Source: Bryobacterales bacterium
GTDB lineage: Bacteria; Acidobacteriota; Terriglobia; Bryobacterales; UBA6623
Assembly (NCBI GenBank): GCA_963422375.2
Contig: OY729428.2
Location: 480,001-544,000 of the forward strand
Direction: 5' to 3'
DNA length: 64,000 bases
Positions 50,129 through 63,700 of the stretch are shown here, one piece after another (positions within the stretch are counted from its first letter, which is position 1; every line of letters begins with the position of its first letter). The notes under the pieces were generated by a model, which did not search any database, was not told the origin of the DNA, and saw nothing but the letters and a program-made list of their open reading frames with translations. The translations under genes were made by a program, and so were the position numbers.

Positions 50129-51697
50129 TCACTCGAATTCCATGCACACCATCTGGCTGCCCCGCGGGCCGGGCGCCCAGGAACCCAGGACTGCGGAGAA
50201 CTTGCCGGCCGGGCCGCCGGCCACCATCACGCGAATCGACTCGGGCCGCCGGAACTTGCGGTAGCAGCGCACGCCCCGGATCGTGCATTCCTCGTAGCGG
50301 GCGGCCTCGTGCGTGCCCTCCCCGCCGTCGCCGTCGTACTCGCCGAGCGGGACGCCGGTGTTCTCGTAGAGAAACTCCACCACGTCGCGCTTGCCGAAGC
50401 CGCTCCGGTCCAAGGTCGCGGCATGCTCCGGGCCGATCACCACCAGCGCTTCCTGCCGCCCGCAGACGCGATAGCTCCACAGGTTCGCCAGCACCGGGCA
50501 AATCGAGCGCAGCAGCACGGCTGCCGAGCGCGCCTTGTGCTCGCTGACGGGCCTCGGCGGCTCGGCGCAGTAGAACGTCACGGCGTTGCGGCCGCGCCCG
50601 ACGCCGAAGTCTTCCGCCAGCGGCCCCCACGGGCTGGCCTCCTCGTTTTCGCCGATCACGTAGCTGAAGCGTCCGGGGTTGCCCATCGTGGACATGTCGA
50701 TCCGGCCCGGAGCCGCCCCGCCGAGATTGCGGAGGACGAGCTGCAGGGCGCGGCCGACGGTCGAGTTCGCCCTGGCAGCGTTCGAGAACACGTTGCTCCC
50801 GCAGGCGAACCCGAGCTCGCCCCGGACGGGTCCGTTGACGACCGCCAGCGGCGCGGCGAAATGGGTCGTGCCCTGGACGCCGTGGATGTCGAGGCGCTCG
50901 TCGCACAGCGCTCGCACGGAAGGCACCAGGACCCGCATGTACTCGGGCCGGCATCCCGCCATCACCGCGTTCGCCGCGACCTTCTCCACGCTGGCCGGAG
51001 CGTAGTTGGGCGGGACGTGCGCCACGACCTCGTCCGGCCGAAGGCCGCTGGCCGCGATCATGCGCTCGACGCGGGCTACCGTCGGCGGAACGACCGGCAG
51101 GGGATCCGCGAAGCCTTGGTCGTAGCAGAACTCCTCGGGATCCAGCCCGTCCGGCACCCGCACGCGCGACGCCCGCAGCCCCCGCCGGGCATACAGCTCG
51201 ACGGCAGGCGCTTCGGCCCCGTCCGACGGAGGCTCCAAGTGGCGCGATACGCAGCCCGGCTGGAAGTCCGGATTGCCGTCCCCGGAGGGCACGGGCTCCG
51301 GCGCGGGCGCGCCCGACAGCTCCCCGAGCGCGGCGGCCAGGCGGTTCAGGTCCGCCTTGTCGAAGCCCTGAGAACTCGCGGCGACCCGCCCGGCGCGGTC
51401 AATCAGGAAGAGAGCCGGCACGGCCTCCAAGCCGCAGGCGACGCTCGCGGCAAGGCCGTCGTCGAGCCAGACCGGCAGCTGCAGTCCGAGCGACCGCGCC
51501 AGAGCGTCGGTTCCGGCCGAGTCGTCCTGCGACACCGCGGCCACGGTCGGCCCGCCCCGGAAGTGGCCGTACAACCCGTCCAGGTAGCGCAGGGCCAGAT
51601 GGCAGGCCGGGCAGTCGGTCTTGAAGAAGGCCACGAGCGCCGGGCCGTCGAGGACACGGCTCGCTATCTCCGACGCGATTTCCCCTGTGCGCAGCAT
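50129..51697 (-). CDS. Thioredoxin/AhpC-like domain fused to a UGSC-associated conserved domain
   Basis: FFKTDCPAC; DPLPVVPPT, NAVMAGCRPEY, RANSTVGRA and ENEEASPW motifs. Confidence 0.78.
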   Translation of the reverse strand: MLRTGEIASEIASRVLDGPALVAFFKTDCPACHLALRYLDGLYGHFRGGPTVAAVSQDDSAGTDALARSLGLQLPVWLDDGLAASVACGLEAVPALFLIDRAGRVAASSQGFDKADLNRLAAALGELSGAPAPEPVPSGDGNPDFQPGCVSRHLEPPSDGAEAPAVELYARRGLRASRVRVPDGLDPEEFCYDQGFADPLPVVPPTVARVERMIAASGLRPDEVVAHVPPNYAPASVEKVAANAVMAGCRPEYMRVLVPSVRALCDERLDIHGVQGTTHFAAPLAVVNGPVRGELGFACGSNVFSNAARANSTVGRALQLVLRNLGGAAPGRIDMSTMGNPGRFSYVIGENEEASPWGPLAEDFGVGRGRNAVTFYCAEPPRPVSEHKARSAAVLLRSICPVLANLWSYRVCGRQEALVVIGPEHAATLDRSGFGKRDVVEFLYENTGVPLGEYDGDGGEGTHEAARYEECTIRGVRCYRKFRRPESIRVMVAGGPAGKFSAVLGSWAPGPRGSQMVCMEFE

Positions 51698-51834
51698 CGA
51701 TTCCTCGGCGGCGGCCCACTCGCGACGGGCCGTCGGAAGCGCCCGGCCGGGCGCTCGCGAGCCGCCCCGGGGCGGCTGCCGGCCGAATGGTAGAATACAG
51801 AATATCAGCGAGGCGCAGAACCCTCCCGCCCGCG

Positions 51835-52513
51835 ATGAAATTCGGCGTCGTCATCTTTCCCGGCTCCAACTGCGATCACGACGCGCACTACGCGCTCTCG
51901 CGCAACCTCGGCCAGCAAGTGGCCGAAATCTGGCACGAGTCGGAGAATCTCCAAGGCGTCGACGCGGTGTTCCTGCCGGGCGGGTTCTCCTACGGCGACT
52001 ACCTCCGGTGCGGCGCGCTAGCGCGCTTCTCGCCGGTGGTCCGGTGCGTCCGCGAATTCGCCCTGGCCGGAGGGCCCGTGCTGGGCGTCTGCAACGGCTT
52101 CCAGATCCTGTGCGAGACGGGCCTGCTCGAAGGGGCTCTCGTCCGCAACCAAGGCCTGCGCTTCATCTGCCGCTCGGTCGAGGTGCTTCCGGCCACCGCC
52201 GATTCGGTTTTCACCGCGGCCTGCGAGCCAAGACGGCCGCTGAGGATCCCCATCGCCCACGGCGAGGGCCGGTACGTTGCGGACAAGGCTACCCTGGACC
52301 GCCTCGAGGCGAGCGACCGGGTCGCCTTCCGCTACCGCGGCGAGAATCCCAACGGCTCGGCGCGCGGCATCGCCGGCGTGCTCAACGAGGGGCGCAACGT
52401 TCTGGGCATGATGCCCCACCCCGAGCGCGCCTGCGACGCCGCGCTAGGCTCGACGGACGGCACGGCCGTGTTCCGCTCGATGATCGCCGCCTGGGAGGAC
52501 GCGCGCGCCAGCC

Positions 52514-52524
<11 letters not shown>
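51835..52524 (+). CDS. purQ: FGAM synthase glutaminase subunit
   Basis: [26 protein letters not shown] and GMMPHPER motifs. Confidence 0.97.
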
Positions 52525-54762
<2,238 letters not shown>

Positions 54763-54766
<4 letters not shown>

Positions 54767-56265
54767 CCGTCGACGGCGCGCATGCCGGCGGGTCAGCCGT
54801 CCGTGTCGAGCCAGAAGACCGCTTCCGCGAGGAGTGCGGGATCTGCGCCATCTTCGGCCATCCCGAAGCGGCCAACCTGGCCTACCTCGGGCTGTACGCC
54901 CTGCAGCACCGCGGGCAGGAGAGCGCGGGCATCTGCTCGAGCGACGGCGACAGAATCCACACTCGCAAGGGCATGGGCCTCGTCAACGAGGTCTTCGGCG
55001 AGGCGGAACTCCGCGAGCTGCCGGGGCACTTGGCGATCGGCCACACCCGCTACTCGACGGCGGGGGACGCCGGCCTGCTCAATGCGCAGCCGTTCTACGT
55101 GGAGTGCAACAAGGGCGCCCTGGCCGTGGCGCACAACGGCAACCTGACGAACGGCCCGCTCCTGCGGCACGAGATCGAGATGTCGGGCTCGATCTTCCAA
55201 GCCACCAGCGACACCGAGGTCATCCCTCACCTGATGGCCCGGTCGCGGGAGCCGAGCCTGCGCCTCGCCCTGCGCGAGTCGCTGCTGCGGCTGGAAGGAG
55301 CCTACTCGCTGGCGCTGCTGGGTCGCGACCGCATCATCGTGGCCCGCGACCAGCGGGGATTCCGCCCGCTGGCCTACGGGCGCATGCGCCACGAGGGGCG
55401 CGACGTCCATGTCTTCGCCTCCGAGACCTGCGCCTTCGATCTGGTCGGGGCGCGGTACGAGGGCGAGGTGGACCCGGGCGAGATGGTGATCGTCAGCGAG
55501 GAGGGCATCGTGCGGCAGCAGTTCGCTCCCTCGCTCCCTCGCCGCCAGTGCGTCTTCGAGCACGTGTACTTCTCGCGCCCTGACTCGATCATCTTCGGGC
55601 GGGCCGTGAACGAATCCAGGGAGGAGCTGGGACGGCGCCTCGCCCGCGAGAGCCCCGTCGAGGCGGACTGCGTGGTGCCGGTCCCGGACTCGGGCAACGC
55701 CGCCGCGATCGGATACTCGGCCGAGTCGGGCATCCCGTACAGCTCGGGCCTGATCCGCAACCACTACGTGGGTCGGACGTTCATCGAGCCCAAGCAATCG
55801 ATCCGCAATTTCGGCGTCAAGCTGAAGCTGAACCCGGTGCGGCAGATCGTGGCGGGAAAGCGGGTCGTGCTGGTCGACGACTCGCTGGTGCGGGGCACCA
55901 CTAGCCGCAAGATCGTGGGAATCATGCGGGACGCCGGGGCGAGCGAGGTCCACCTGCGGATCTCCTGCCCGCCGACGATCGCGTCGTGCTATTACGGCGT
56001 GGACACGCCCGACCGGAGCGAGCTGATCGCGAACCGGATGTCGGTCGAGGAGATCCGGCAGCACACCGGAGCGGACTCGCTCGCCTATCTGTCGATGGAC
56101 GGGCTGCAGCGGGCGGTGGCGGACAGCCGGGGCGAATACTGCTACTCGTGCTACACAGGGGTGTACCCGACGGAACTCCTGCAGATCGACCAGATCGTCA
56201 GCCAATACCGCTCGAAGAGCGAGTCGGGGAATCGGTTCGCCCGTCGCTCGCGCCGGGCGGAATAG
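54763..56265 (+). CDS. purF: Amidophosphoribosyltransferase
   Basis: EECGI, LQHRGQE, GHTRYST and [10 protein letters not shown] motifs; ATG 54763 overlaps the purL stop. Confidence 0.97.
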
Positions 56266-56408
56266 CGCGGGGCATTCCGTCGAGGGCCCGCAGACAGGAC
56301 TTCCCGTCTCAAAGCCTTTCACCCGGTTCTGATTCGGGTGTACGCTTATTGGCAGCAAGCCGACGGGGCCTCCGTCGGGAGGATCGAAGCAAGGAGGGTA
56401 TCGGGTCG

Positions 56409-57368
56409 ATGCGACGGACCAAGCTTGGAATCGGATTCGCCCTGCTGGCGGGCCTCGGGTGTCTTGCGACTCCGGACGAACCCCCGACCGCGAGCGGCGG
56501 CGAAGCTGCCTTCGAGGTCGTGCATGGCTGGCCGCGCCTGCCGGAAGGCTACGCCTTGGGCCAGGCGACGGGAGTCGACGTGGATTCCCAGAACCGCGTG
56601 TGGGTGTTTCACCGGGCGGCCCGCCCGGTGCTGTGCATTGACGGCGATAGCGGTGAAGTCATCTCCTCGTTCGGAGACGACCTGTTCGACAACGAGCACG
56701 GCCTCGCCGTGGACGGCGGCGGCACGGTCTGGGTCACCGACGCCGACACGCACGTCGTGCAGCAGTACAGCCCTGAGGGCGACCTGCTGAAGACACTCGG
56801 CGTGGAGGGAGAGGCCGGCGAGAACGAGACGCACTTCAACAAGCCAACCGACGTAGACTTCGGGCCGGACGGATCAATCTACGTGACGGACGGATACGGG
56901 AACAACCGCGTGGTCAAGCTCGGCCAGGACGGGAAGTTCGTCAAGGCCTGGGGCGCCAAGGGCACGGGGCCCGGCGAGTTCGACACCCCGCACGGCGTCG
57001 CCGTCGACGGTGAAGGGCGCGTGTACGTCGCGGATCGCGGCAACGCCCGCGTGCAAGTGTTCGATGCGGAAGGCCAGTTCCTTGCCGAGTGGAGCAGCGA
57101 GGAGATCGGCCGCCCGTGGGGCGTCGACATCACCGCCGAGGGGAACGTGATCGTGGCGGACGGCGGCGATCTAACGAACACGGCGTACGACCGCAACGGG
57201 GCTGTGCTGATGACGCCCGAAGGCGAGGTGCTCGAGAGATGGGGGTCGTACGGTAGCCAGGACGGCCAGTTCTACTGGGCGCACGACATCGCCGCAGGCG
57301 CGGACGGAGCGGTGTACGTCGTCGACGTTAACGCCGGGATGCGAGTCCAGAAGTTCGTCAGGCGCTAA
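56409..57368 (+). CDS. NHL-repeat lipoprotein (peptidyl-alpha-hydroxyglycine alpha-amidating lyase-like)
   Basis: FNKPTDV, YVTDGYGNNRV, FDTPHGV and YVADRGNARVQVF repeats; LAGLGC lipobox. Confidence 0.85.
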   Translation: MRRTKLGIGFALLAGLGCLATPDEPPTASGGEAAFEVVHGWPRLPEGYALGQATGVDVDSQNRVWVFHRAARPVLCIDGDSGEVISSFGDDLFDNEHGLAVDGGGTVWVTDADTHVVQQYSPEGDLLKTLGVEGEAGENETHFNKPTDVDFGPDGSIYVTDGYGNNRVVKLGQDGKFVKAWGAKGTGPGEFDTPHGVAVDGEGRVYVADRGNARVQVFDAEGQFLAEWSSEEIGRPWGVDITAEGNVIVADGGDLTNTAYDRNGAVLMTPEGEVLERWGSYGSQDGQFYWAHDIAAGADGAVYVVDVNAGMRVQKFVRR

Positions 57369-57708
57369 TGGCACTGGGGCGGCTCGCCGGCTTCGGTGGC
57401 ATCGCCGGTCTTGTCCGCGGGCCTGCACGAATCCTAGTCTTGCAGCGCAACTCGAATCAGTAGGTCTGAGCGAAGAAGCTCACAGCCGGCACGCCCCGGC
57501 GACAGGCGGGCGGCGGCATTGCTGACCGGTGCCGAGACGGCCAGTTCGATCCCCTCGGAGTACTTCATTCGCACCCTCAGAATCACCGGCCAACTCGAAA
57601 GAAGCGTTCCCAGCGTGAGATTCCAGCGAACAACCAAGGTAAAATGTAGCTGTCTGTGTTCAGCCACTACGGGGAGCCGGGCAACTGGCGGTAAGGAGCA
57701 ACAGCTTG

Positions 57709-60700
57709 ATGAGCGTTCGTGCTAGGAGCAGGTATCTGAAAGAGCGAGCAAGGCTATGCCTGCTGGCCTGCCTGCTGCTGACCGCAGCCGAAGCGGCCGA
57801 GCCATCCCAATCAGCGGAAGACACTATTCGCCGCCTCGGCGCGGAGATTCTCGCCCGTCACGGCATCAGCGCCCCGGTGCCTTTCGAAGACACCCAACCA
57901 CGAACCGCGAGTCTCCCAACTCGTGAACTCGCTCGCAGGCGGGCCGACGCACTCGTAGACTTGATCCGCACCGATCCCGGCCGAGCGGTCAGTCTGGCCT
58001 TTCCTCAAGAGGCGCTTCAAGAACTCAGGGCTCGGTCTCCTGACCTCAGCCCTGATCTCGAGAAACGCGGCTCTTGGCAAGGGGAGGCGACGCTATTCAT
58101 AGCCGACGATTTCGAGAACCACCGATCATGGGAGTACCACTCAGTCCGCACATCCGAAGGCTATCTCGACGCATACGGAATCCCGAGCGGCGCGTGGAGC
58201 CGCAACGGTGACCTAGTCGAAGTCGCCGGAATCTCCGTCCGCGGTCAGATGGCGGTGCTGGAAGCTCGACGGCAGGAAGTCCCCGATCCCGGGCTCTATC
58301 CTGCTGCCACTACCTGCGAATCCGTAGGAAAACAGAAGCTAGCCGTCTTCTTGGTATACAGGAAGGAACAAGAAATGCCGACCTTTGACGCGAGCGCAAT
58401 CCGCGAGCTGGTGTTCGGCACACGCCGGTCCTTGGATCGGTATGTCCGGACCGTCTCGTTTGGCAGGGCATGGCTGTCAGGGGATGTTTTTGGACCAATT
58501 GCCGTTGATGCGAAGAACGACGAGGACATCATGTGGCGATTCTCAGAAGAAATCGCCCGAGAGGCAGGCATCGTAGACTTGACTCAGTACGGCCGTGTGG
58601 TACAACTAGGGCCGGGGATGATAATTGACTTCGGTGGAAGATCATCTGTCGGCTGCAGTGGCCGGAATTACTCCCTTTTCGCGGCGAATACTGGCGAGGA
58701 ATGTATAGATGGGAGCTGTCGCCAGATGCCGTCCCTAGAGACGCTGATTCATGAGCTCGGCCACAGCTTGGGCTTGCGGCACAGTACTTCACTGACGGCG
58801 GACGGAGAGTCCCTCGGCTTAGAAGTGTCCACGATGGCAATAAAGGAGTACGATGACGTGTTCGACCCTATGGGATCTGGCCCGGAGGGCTCGTTCTTCA
58901 ATGCCCGGCACTTGCGTGGAATCGGATGGCTCGATTCCGACAACATTCTGACTGTAGAAAACGAAGGAACATTCAAGATCCGCAATCTGATTGACACTTC
59001 AAGTCTACATGACCCGATTGCACTCAGGATTCGACGGCAACCGAATATAGACCAGTGGATTTGGGTAGAATCCGCAGCAGATACTCGAGATTCTATGCTT
59101 GCACGATTCAGGTTTCAAACTAGACAATATCGATTTGAGGAAAAATACGGGGCAGTTATCCGTCTTGAAGACAACAGTCTTCCTATTCAAGGAGGAAACG
59201 GAGAATTCTCCAAATACAAGACATATCTTCTTGACATGACACCATCGGTGGCCGGATTCAAGCTCCCCTTGGGCATAACATGGGAGGATACTTACTCTCC
59301 CCTATCGATCACAGTCGATCCTGCTGATGGCAACGACTTGTCTGTCCGTGTAGAGCGCCAAGAGCGAGAGGCTAGCTGCGCAGGCTTTGATGAGGGACCA
59401 CGCACATTTACCCCGTCATCACAGGAAGGAGTGATTGACGTGAAGGCACCGTTGAACTGCTCTTGGAAAATCCGTGTACTTGCCGACTGGCTCGAGGTTG
59501 ACGCTTCAGATCTTGCCGGCATTGGCCCGGCTCAGATCCATTTTCGAATTCCCGAACATACAGGGACCTTTAACCGCCAAGGACACGTCGCTATTGGACT
59601 GAAGTCAGTCGAACTTATCCAAAAAGCTCGGTCCGCTCCCCCAGCTATTGAAGCATTGCATCCAAAGAGTGGTGCGGGCAAGTCAGGCGCGTTCCGAATC
59701 GAAGTATCGGATCCGAACGCCGATGTCGAAGGAATTGAGCGAGAGCTTGAGTCAATTCGTCTATTGTTTCGTTCCGGGCGTGACGAACTCTGCAGTGCGA
59801 TATACGAATTCGGAAGGAGATTCAGACTCGTTAAGCCAAGATCATCAGTCAACGACCAACTGGACAACCAAATAATAGATGATCAAGCGTGTACCGTCGA
59901 CTTTTCTAGGTCGAGCATGAGTGTCCGAGGAGGGCGCGCAGTCGTCGTGTTCCGAGTGATTTTCAGCGAATCCCTCCCCGACGTCTTAAACTTTGAAGCA
60001 GTGGCATCTGACCGGGATGGGAATGCCTCAGTCGAATCTGGATCTTGGATGACCGACGAGGCGACTAGCGGGCGTCCCAAGATCACTGGAGTCTCCGGTT
60101 TCATCCGACCCGGTTCGCCCGCGCGAGTCCGCTTGGACGCGACGGATCCCGATGGGGCATTCGACATTGCATCGATCGCAATTGCCATTCGATCAAAGAC
60201 GGGGCCGGAATGGTGCTCGGTAGCACTAGACACTGCAAATCGCAGGGTCGTTCTCACGGGATACGGCCAGCCGTGGCAGCAAGCAGATGCACCGCATACC
60301 GAAGGGCCGCTTGAGAATGAGTACTGCACTGTCGTTCCGTCGTCGATGTCCACGCTGCTTGCTTACGACGACGCTTCCACACTCAGGGTTCGGGTGCCGA
60401 ACGTTCATTTCTCCCGACTATTCGCAGCACCGAAAAGCGTCGAGGCAACCGTGACTGACCGCTCCGGTCATCGCGCGGAGCGTGTTGCCGAACATGACCT
60501 CCCTGAGACGGTTGACAACGGTTCACCGGGCCCGCTCCCGGGCACGGTATCGCCCAACTCGGGAGCCGGAAGAGAGCAGCGGTTCGAGTGGACGTATGAA
60601 AACCCTGACGGCGACGGCCGCTCTACGGGGGGACGCCTGACGTTTGTCTCGTCAGACCGCTCGGCAGCCTGTCTGATTTCTTTGTCAAATATGTCAGTCG

Positions 60701-63700
60701 ACCTAGGTTGGTTTCGACGACAACCATGGGCTGATGGCTGGAGCGAACGGGGGCTTATTGGGTCTCTGGGCGTGCTTGAGAACGACTACTGCTCGGTTGA
60801 CCTCGCGAGCATGAAATACACCGTATCGGACTACCGCCAGACGATTTCCGCTCTAGTCAAGTTCAAGCCAAAGTTAGGTGACCTCCTCACCTTGACCCTT
60901 TCAAGCGATTCTACGGACCAAGTAGTGCGGGGGTTCTGGTCAATGAGGGAATCGGACAACGAGCCATTCATCGCCGCAGTCGTCGACGCAGCGAGCCTGC
61001 GAGATGTTTATTACCGGTATCCCGCCGTAGAGCCACTGCAAGCGCTTAGGGTTTACGGTGGGAATCTGGGTCCCGTACAAACGGTCCAAGCGCTCCCTGC
61101 AGATCCGTTGTCTCTGGATTCCGGACTGGGCGGGACGCGAATGCTCCAATGGTATGATCGCGACGGCGAAGCGACTTACGAGACACTGTTACCCGTACTG
61201 ATGGCTGCAGGGGAGCTGGTTGAGACCGCGTTGCCACACGATAACGCCCCTGGGAACCGGGTGGCCGTCGAGCGCGGCGGGGCGAGATCGGATCCGTTCG
61301 AGATCAGACCATTCGCGATCGGATCATCGAGCGGGCCCAGCCTCGGCGTCTTCACGCGGGACGGGACGGGAGTGGGGCAAGTGCTGGCTGAGAACGCAGA
61401 CGGCAGTCCCAACGGCCCGGAAAGTCCGGCTCCATCCGGAGCGATTGTCACCCTGTATGCCACCGGGACGGGTTGGACGGGGCCAACCGGGGACGCGGGC
61501 GGCGCGACGAGTCCCACGGCACCAGTCAGCGTCGTCATCGGCAACCGGGCGTCGGAAGTTCTCTCGGCGAACAGCGAAATCCCGGGAGAACTGCCTGGCA
61601 GGACGCGGATCAGGGTACGCCTCAACGACGAGACACCGGGCGGACCGAGGATCCCGGTCTCAATAGTGGTGGGCGGGGAGACCAGCCAACCCGGTATCAC
61701 GATGGCGGTCGATGCAACAGGGGGAGCAGGCTGCGCTACCTCTCGGGGTGTCCCGCCCCCCGTCTCGCCGTCACTGCAACACGGCATTCTCCAGCTAGAG
61801 GCATCCGCGGACTGCTCTTGGAAGGTTCGCAGCCTTTCCGACTGGATCGAATTGGACAGGCCTTCGATCTCTGGCACTGGCCCGGCCGAAGTGCGGTATA
61901 AGGTGTCCGAGCATGCTGGGAGCTCCGACCGGCGCGGGCACATCCTCGTGGGCCAGGACCTAGTTGCGGTGGTCCAGCAAGCCCGGCCAGTCCCTCCAGT
62001 GATCGAATCCCTTCACCCCAAGGTGGGATCCGGCAGATCCAGTAGCTTTCGGGTTGAAGTGTCGGACGCAAACGCCGGTGCCAACGTCGAGGAAGAACTG
62101 CGCGAAGTGTCGCTATCGTTCCGCTCGGGGCGTGAGTTGGTTTGCTCGGTAGAATACAGCTTCCGGAATAAGGAATTCCATCTCGATGTATCAACTCCAG
62201 CGAGCAGAGACCGACGCACGGCCAACGAAGTGTGCGACTTGGACTTGACCAGATCAAGCATGAGAGCTGCCCGTGACCGGGTGGTCGTCGTGTTCCACAT
62301 CAACTTCAACGAATCCCTCCCCAACGTCTTACACGTTCACGCAAGGGCATATGACCGGGAATGGAATACCGCAGTCGAATCTGGATCTTGGAGCACAGAG
62401 GAGGCGACTAGCGGGCGTCCCAAGATCACTGGAGTCTCCGGTTCCATCCGACCCGGTTCGCCCGCGCAAGTCCGCTTGGACGCGACGGATCCCGATGGGG
62501 CATTCGACATTGCATCGATCGCAATTGCCATTCGATCAAAGACGGGGCCGGAATGGTGCTCGGTAGCACTAGACACTGCAAATCGCAAGGTCGTTCTCAC
62601 GGGATACGGCCAGCCGCGGCAGCAAGCAGATGCACCGCATACCGAAGGGCCGCTTGAGAATGAGTACTGCACTGTCGTTCCGTCGGCTGTGTCCACGCGG
62701 GCTGCTTACGACGACGCTTCCACACTCAGCGTTCGGGTGCCGAACGTTCACTTCTCCCGACTTTTCGCAGCACAGAAAAGCGTCGAGGCAACCGTGACTG
62801 ACCGCTCCGGTCATCGCGCGGAGCGTGTTGCCGAACATGACCTCCCTGAGACGGTTGACAACGGTTCACCGGGCCCGCTCCCGGGCACGGTGTCGCCCAA
62901 CTCGGGAGCCGGAAGAGAGCAGCGGTTCGAGTGGACGTATGAAAACCCTGACGGCGACGGCCGCTCCACGGGGGGACGCCTGACGTTTGTCTCGTCAGAC
63001 CGCTCGGCAGCCTGTCAGATTTATTTGTCAAATATGTCAGTCGCCCTAGGTTGGTTTCGACGACAACCATGGGGTAGTGGCCGGAGCGAATGGGAGCGTA
63101 TTGGGTCTCTGGGCGTGCTTGAGAACGACTACTGCTCGGTTGACCTCGCGAGCATGAAATACACCGTATCGGACTACCGCCAGACGATTTCCGCTCTAGT
63201 CAAGTTCAAGCCAAAGTTAGGTGACCTCCTCACCTTGACCCTTTCAAGCGATTCTACGGACCAAGTAGTGCGGGGGTTCTGGTCAATGAGGGAATCGGAC
63301 AACGAGCCATTCATCGCCGCAGTCGTCGACGCAGCGAGCCTGCGATATGTTTATTACGAGTATCCCTTCGTAGCGCCACTACAAGCCCTAAGAGTCGTAG
63401 GTGGAAATCTGGGTCCCGTGCTACCGGTCCGAGCGCTACCCGCAGATTCATTGTCCTTGGATTCCGGACTGACGGGGACCCGAGTACTCCGTTGGTATGA
63501 CCGAGACGGTCAAGCGCCTGAAGAATCACCGATACCCGTGCTAATGGTCGCAAACGGGCTGGTTGAGGCCGCATTTCCACACGTGAAGGGTAATTGGAAC
63601 CGGCTGGCCGTCGAACGCAATGGTGTGCGATCGGATCCGTTCGAGGTCCGATCATCTAGTGGGCCCAGCCCCAGCGTCTTTACGCGGGACGGGACGGGAG

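Noticed and set aside
57369..57708. Riboswitch or ncRNA upstream of the protease
   Set aside because: Only a small hairpin near 57385; no recognisable family consensus
60031..63348. Diversity-generating retroelement template/variable repeat pair
   Set aside because: Mismatches are not confined to adenines of either copy, both copies are in-frame coding, and there is no reverse transcriptase in the window
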